Assembly: GCF_027921745.1 (NCBI RefSeq)
Contig: NC_079238.1
Span: 3,906,001 to 3,970,000 of the forward strand
DNA length: 64,000 bases
Direction: 5' to 3'
Source: Schizosaccharomyces osmophilus
Lineage: Eukaryota
The notes beneath the pieces are model-generated. The model was not told the DNA's origin. It did not search any database and worked only from the letters and a program-made list of their open reading frames with translations. Shown here piece after piece: positions 59,799-64,000 of this stretch. Made by a program: the position numbers and the translations under genes. Numbering within the stretch: the first letter of the stretch is position 1; each line of letters begins with the position of its first letter.

Positions 59799-61343
59799 TC
59801 AATTTGTTTTAGGCTTTTTATCATTTCCAGGGTCATCTTGCGATAGTTTCGGAATGGTTTCCGAACCAGACATTGAATTTCCATTGCTTGTTTCCATTGA
59901 ATTTTGACGAAAGAGCGTGGTTTCATGAAGAGACCTCTTTGTACCTGAAGAATTCCGCTGTTCAGAAGAAGCATTAGGTGGAGCTCCAACTTTTGCGCTT
60001 GGTCGAATATGGACCTTTTCAGCGGGCTTCACTACCGACCTATGGACCGGAACGGATTTGGAATGATCTACCACAGACGACTTCCGTATTGATGGACTAT
60101 CCAATCGGGGATTGAAATTTGCAGTATTAGGAGCGGAAACAGCTCCTTCAGCAGCAGCAGCAGCACGAGCACTAATGAATTTTGCTGAAGAAGGAGAGGT
60201 TCCATTGAGACTTAACTCATCGACTTTTGGAGGCAAACTTGGGCCGCTAGGTTTCATCTTTTCGTTTGATGAATGAGGAGCCCCAGCCATAGGATATGTA
60301 TTATTTCGTTGAATTGGTTTTGAAGCTGGTTTCACCGGTTCTGGTTTGGGTTTCACGTCGGACTCTTCAAATGATTTGTTAGCGGGAGATCCTGTATCAT
60401 TAACTGCCAAGTGGGCAATCATATCGTCTTCTACAAAGATATTATCCAACTCCTCATCAGAATACATCTCTGGATCTCTGTTTTCCTGTCTTGGATTGGT
60501 GGCAGATGGATGGAAGGATTTTTCATTTTTGACGACTGGTCTATTGTTGGATTTGCTTGGAGCATTTCTTTTCTTCATGAATTCTCCTCTTGAGCCCGAT
60601 TCTGACTTGCGGAATAAATCACCGCTATCAAGTTGATACTAGAAAACACTTTGTTAGTAGCCGTACTAACTTTTTACAGTGATTTTTGATTATCACATAC
60701 TGCTGGGGGTTTCATTTTTCCAATTTCTCGTAAATAATACTTGTCATACATGCAATTTCCAAGACTGTTTCCAAAGTTTCTGAGGGCACGTTTTAAGGCA
60801 TCTGTGGTTCCCTCTTTTTTACACTGTAGAGCATTAATAAAGACCTCTTTCATTATTTCATCTTCTGAATTCTTTACAAACCTTTTCAAACGCAGATGCT
60901 TTCCCTCTGCAATTATCTATTGACCCGTAACCAATATCCTGAATTCATTAGCCTTTCTGTTTCCAAAGCAAATTGTAAATTAACGGTATGAACGCTACCT
61001 CATGATATGCTCCATCTTTAATAGTCACTCGAACCACGACGCTTAATCCTAAACTCACTCGATTGGTTTCTTTGTTTTCGTCCAGAAAATCAATAATCAC
61101 ACTTCTTATACAGGATGACCACCCATTAAATCCAAAAATTTCATTAGCAAGCTCAATGGCCTTCCAAGATTCGATATAGCTCACTGAAAATCCACCTGGA
61201 CCAGACCTCCGCGAAACATACTCTGGGCCCAGTTTTCTGGTCAGTGATGCTTGTAAATACTGGTACTCATCCGCTGAATATGGATCTCCAAATCCACCAC
61301 CTTTTTCTTCTTCTATTGTATGTTGTTTCTCACGGAAAGACAT
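59799..61343 (-). CDS. rad52: Rad52 (Rad22), 4 exons, 454 aa
   Basis: [53 protein letters not shown] motifs; phase-0 introns 60939-60998, 60824-60881, 60639-60700. Confidence 0.95.
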
Positions 61344-61902
61344 TTTCCTTTTATTATTACGACCCCAAAATGAATTTCCGATTGTGTATGCTTCCCAGTA
61401 GGAATGGTGTTGAGTTCAGACCAACACCCAACTTACTCAACTAGCTTCATACTTCCAAAATGAATAAGAATAATAATAGTCTAAACGTTTCTCTAGCTTT
61501 TATAAAAGAATATCATGAGTTTTCGAACTATTCAAGTTATTTTCATTTTTAATCTTTACATTTCACCACTGAATCGATGCCACCGATGTTTGTCAAAGCA
61601 AACGGGATTCTTTAATCTTGAGAACAAGAAGAGAAAAAGAGGAATTATTTCCATCCGTTCATCTCAATTGTTGATATATACCCATAATTTTCAAGCCTTG
61701 CGTACGAAAGCACAATTGCATATATACAAGACTACAATTTTATTTTCATAGAAGTTACGAGCTTCACATCAATTATAGTTCAGTCGCTTTACTTTCTTAC
61801 TTTTTTGCCTATTTAGGTTTTTGCTCTTCTTTTACTTTTATTAAAAGAAATGTTTAACTTATCTTTATTATTTAAATTTAAATAAAAGCACATATATCTT
61901 CG

Positions 61903-61924
61903 TATATATATATATATACATATA
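61903..61924. repeat. (TA)n microsatellite
   Basis: tatatatatatatatacatata. Confidence 0.7.
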
Positions 61925-62180
61925 TCATTAGTATTAGAGACAATAAAGGATAAATGAGGATAAAAACTATCGGATGACTGTTGAAGCCAATGCAAATATA
62001 GAGAAGGAATTCATAAACGATCAATTAAATTGTTGAAACCAAAACCATCCCAAATAAACAAAACTGTTGAAAGAGAGTGTGGGGTTAATACCTTACATAA
62101 ATTTTTGAGCACAAAGCCCGGATAAACAAAACACAAACAGGTGAGGAATAAAAAACAAAATTAGCAAACACCATTTTACA

Positions 62181-64000
62181 TTACTTAGCCACTCCGTTGT
62201 AAAGTTCAGGATGGAAATCTTCTAAGCTTCTCAATTTTGAGAAAATGTCAAACAAAGATTGGCCTCGTTCATAGTTATTGTCAACAATAACACAAAGCAC
62301 CCAGCTGGACATCATGGATACCAATAACTTGTGTGTTTCAGATTTTGGATCATGGGCTGAAGCCCAAGCCATACCAAGAGAATACGCTTCGTCTTTCCAG
62401 GCCAAGAATGAAGTAGATTCAACAATAGTCGGTTGAATTACCTCTCGATTAGGAAATACTCCCCATGTAACTGCATTGGGAACTTCATATGCGGCATTGG
62501 TATCCAGTTTCCCAGAAACAGAAACGAAGAAGTAGGAAATATCTCCCATTTGGTGAAGAGAGGATTTCAATTCCTCAATCAAGGAAGGGTGTACGAAAAA
62601 CTCAACGTAAGGCTTCTGGTATACATATCCGTTCGTTGGACCCCAGCCATGTACTGGGTCAGAGCTTTTAACGCCGTTTAGAGCAGGCTGGGAATTAATT
62701 GTGAGATAAGCTCTCCTATTCATATTTTCCAGCTGACTTTGAATCACTTTTGCCTCCTCCGAGATGGGCATGTCGCTCCAGGGTAAACTGGTTTGTTTTT
62801 TTGTGCAGTAACTTACAAAAAGCTCACCAAGCTCTTTATAGGATTTTGGACTGCCCCAGAGAGCCAAAATCTCAGCAGCCGACTGACGTAGGCCATGACG
62901 GGAAGGATCAAATTCACCAAACGCAGGGCTACGAGAATCACCCCATCGACCATGAGGGAATTCATCCCATTGCTCTGTCCTTGACATATAGCTCTCTAAA
63001 CGAGTCCTCCAAAATATAGGACGAACATCTTCGTTTGCACGTTTGGTGCCGTTGGGGAAAATTTCCGTACGGTTTGTCGTCAGCTCGTTTTCCGGTTTTT
63101 CAGTTACTTGCTTAAGTTCTTCAACGAGCAATCCCAGTCGCTCGATAATCATTTTCACGGCCTTTTCTAAATTCATGGTATAAAAATGAAGACGGGTAAT
63201 GCCATTATCAATTAATTTTTGACAGAACTGTACCATTAAATCGGCACCACGTTCACGAACATCATCATCATTGTCTTTTACGGGTACAAGAGCGTCCATA
63301 AAATGTTGTGGAATTTTCACTCCACTCCATTTTGCTCTTCGAATGAATGAATCCCAAGCTTGAATGGGCATGATGCCTGGAAAAATGGGCACCAATATAC
63401 CATTTTCCCGGCATTTTTTTACCCATTCAACAAAATTATCGGCATCATAAAACATTTGCGTTACAATAAACGATGCACCAGCATCTACTTTTTCTTTTAA
63501 ATGATTTATACTTCTATCAATGTCGTCACCTGGTGAATATCCTTCAGGATAACCAGCGACACCAATGCAGATTTCATCTCCATAGTTCTTTTTTATATAT
63601 CGAACCAAATCTGCCGCATAGCGAAAGCCACCTTCCACTTGGGTCCATTCGGTTTCATTTTTGGGTGGATCCCCTCTCAGTGCCAAAACATTACGACAAC
63701 CAGACTCGTAAGCTTTCTTCAACGCCATTCTAATCATTTCGCCTGACATATTTGTACAAGTGAGATGCATGCACGTGTCGAGCTGAAAATCCTTTTGAGC
63801 AACATTTATAATCACCGGAGTCAAATCAGAAGTAGACCCGCCAGCACCCCAGGTCACATCTACGAACATTGGATATCCCCATTCTTTCATGCGATCTATA
63901 CGATTGTATAGATTTTGGATACCTGTGCTTGTTTTCGGTGGAAAAAACTCATAGCTCCATGTAACTTTGTCTTTCCAGCCCGGATCTTGAAGTTTGTCAC
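62181..64000 (-). CDS. met9: Methylenetetrahydrofolate reductase Met9 (first few codons outside window)
   Basis: Frame open to the window edge: SYEFFPPKT, VTWGAGG, HLTCTN, LALRGDPP, TQMFYD, WDEFPHGRWGDSRSPAFG. Confidence 0.92.
   Translation of the reverse strand, partial: DKLQDPGWKDKVTWSYEFFPPKTSTGIQNLYNRIDRMKEWGYPMFVDVTWGAGGSTSDLTPVIINVAQKDFQLDTCMHLTCTNMSGEMIRMALKKAYESGCRNVLALRGDPPKNETEWTQVEGGFRYAADLVRYIKKNYGDEICIGVAGYPEGYSPGDDIDRSINHLKEKVDAGASFIVTQMFYDADNFVEWVKKCRENGILVPIFPGIMPIQAWDSFIRRAKWSGVKIPQHFMDALVPVKDNDDDVRERGADLMVQFCQKLIDNGITRLHFYTMNLEKAVKMIIERLGLLVEELKQVTEKPENELTTNRTEIFPNGTKRANEDVRPIFWRTRLESYMSRTEQWDEFPHGRWGDSRSPAFGEFDPSRHGLRQSAAEILALWGSPKSYKELGELFVSYCTKKQTSLPWSDMPISEEAKVIQSQLENMNRRAYLTINSQPALNGVKSSDPVHGWGPTNGYVYQKPYVEFFVHPSLIEELKSSLHQMGDISYFFVSVSGKLDTNAAYEVPNAVTWGVFPNREVIQPTIVESTSFLAWKDEAYSLGMAWASAHDPKSETHKLLVSMMSSWVLCVIVDNNYERGQSLFDIFSKLRSLEDFHPELYNGVAK

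Noticed and set aside
1..64000. Looked for 5S rDNA, wtf meiotic-driver genes and box C/D snoRNAs
   Set aside because: No 5S sequence, wtf-like gene or convincing paired C/D boxes seen by eye; an Rfam scan would be needed to exclude small RNAs.

Overview
Eukaryotic, AT-rich, gene-dense window with short GT-AG introns (CTAAC/CTAAT branch points) from a fission yeast (Schizosaccharomyces). The proteins resemble but clearly differ from S. pombe, so it is probably the octosporus/cryophilus/osmophilus clade; the species cannot be fixed from sequence alone. Gene order follows my recollection of the S. pombe chromosome I block SPAC23C4-SPAC1A6-SPAC30D11 (hrk1, les1, tht2, rho3, sec2, atp18, hhp2, bet1, alg1, rpb5, atg15, trm402, rad4, spt5, plb1, ptl3, meu31, lag1, tcd1, hus5, rpl38, rad52) and ends in met9. 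Most content is housekeeping or meiotic. The most notable items are: (1) a three-exon 56-aa single-TM microprotein gene at 841-1157, absent from the ORF track and resembling PIGBOS1; (2) a decayed Ty3/gypsy integrase fossil between two tandem phospholipase B genes; (3) a Plb1 orthologue lacking the catalytic serine beside an intact GPI-type paralogue; (4) a dimeric intron-containing tRNA-Ser(CGA)/initiator tRNA-Met gene; (5) several promoter and 3' UTR motif clusters. Orthology calls come from recognised motifs and remembered synteny, not from searches.
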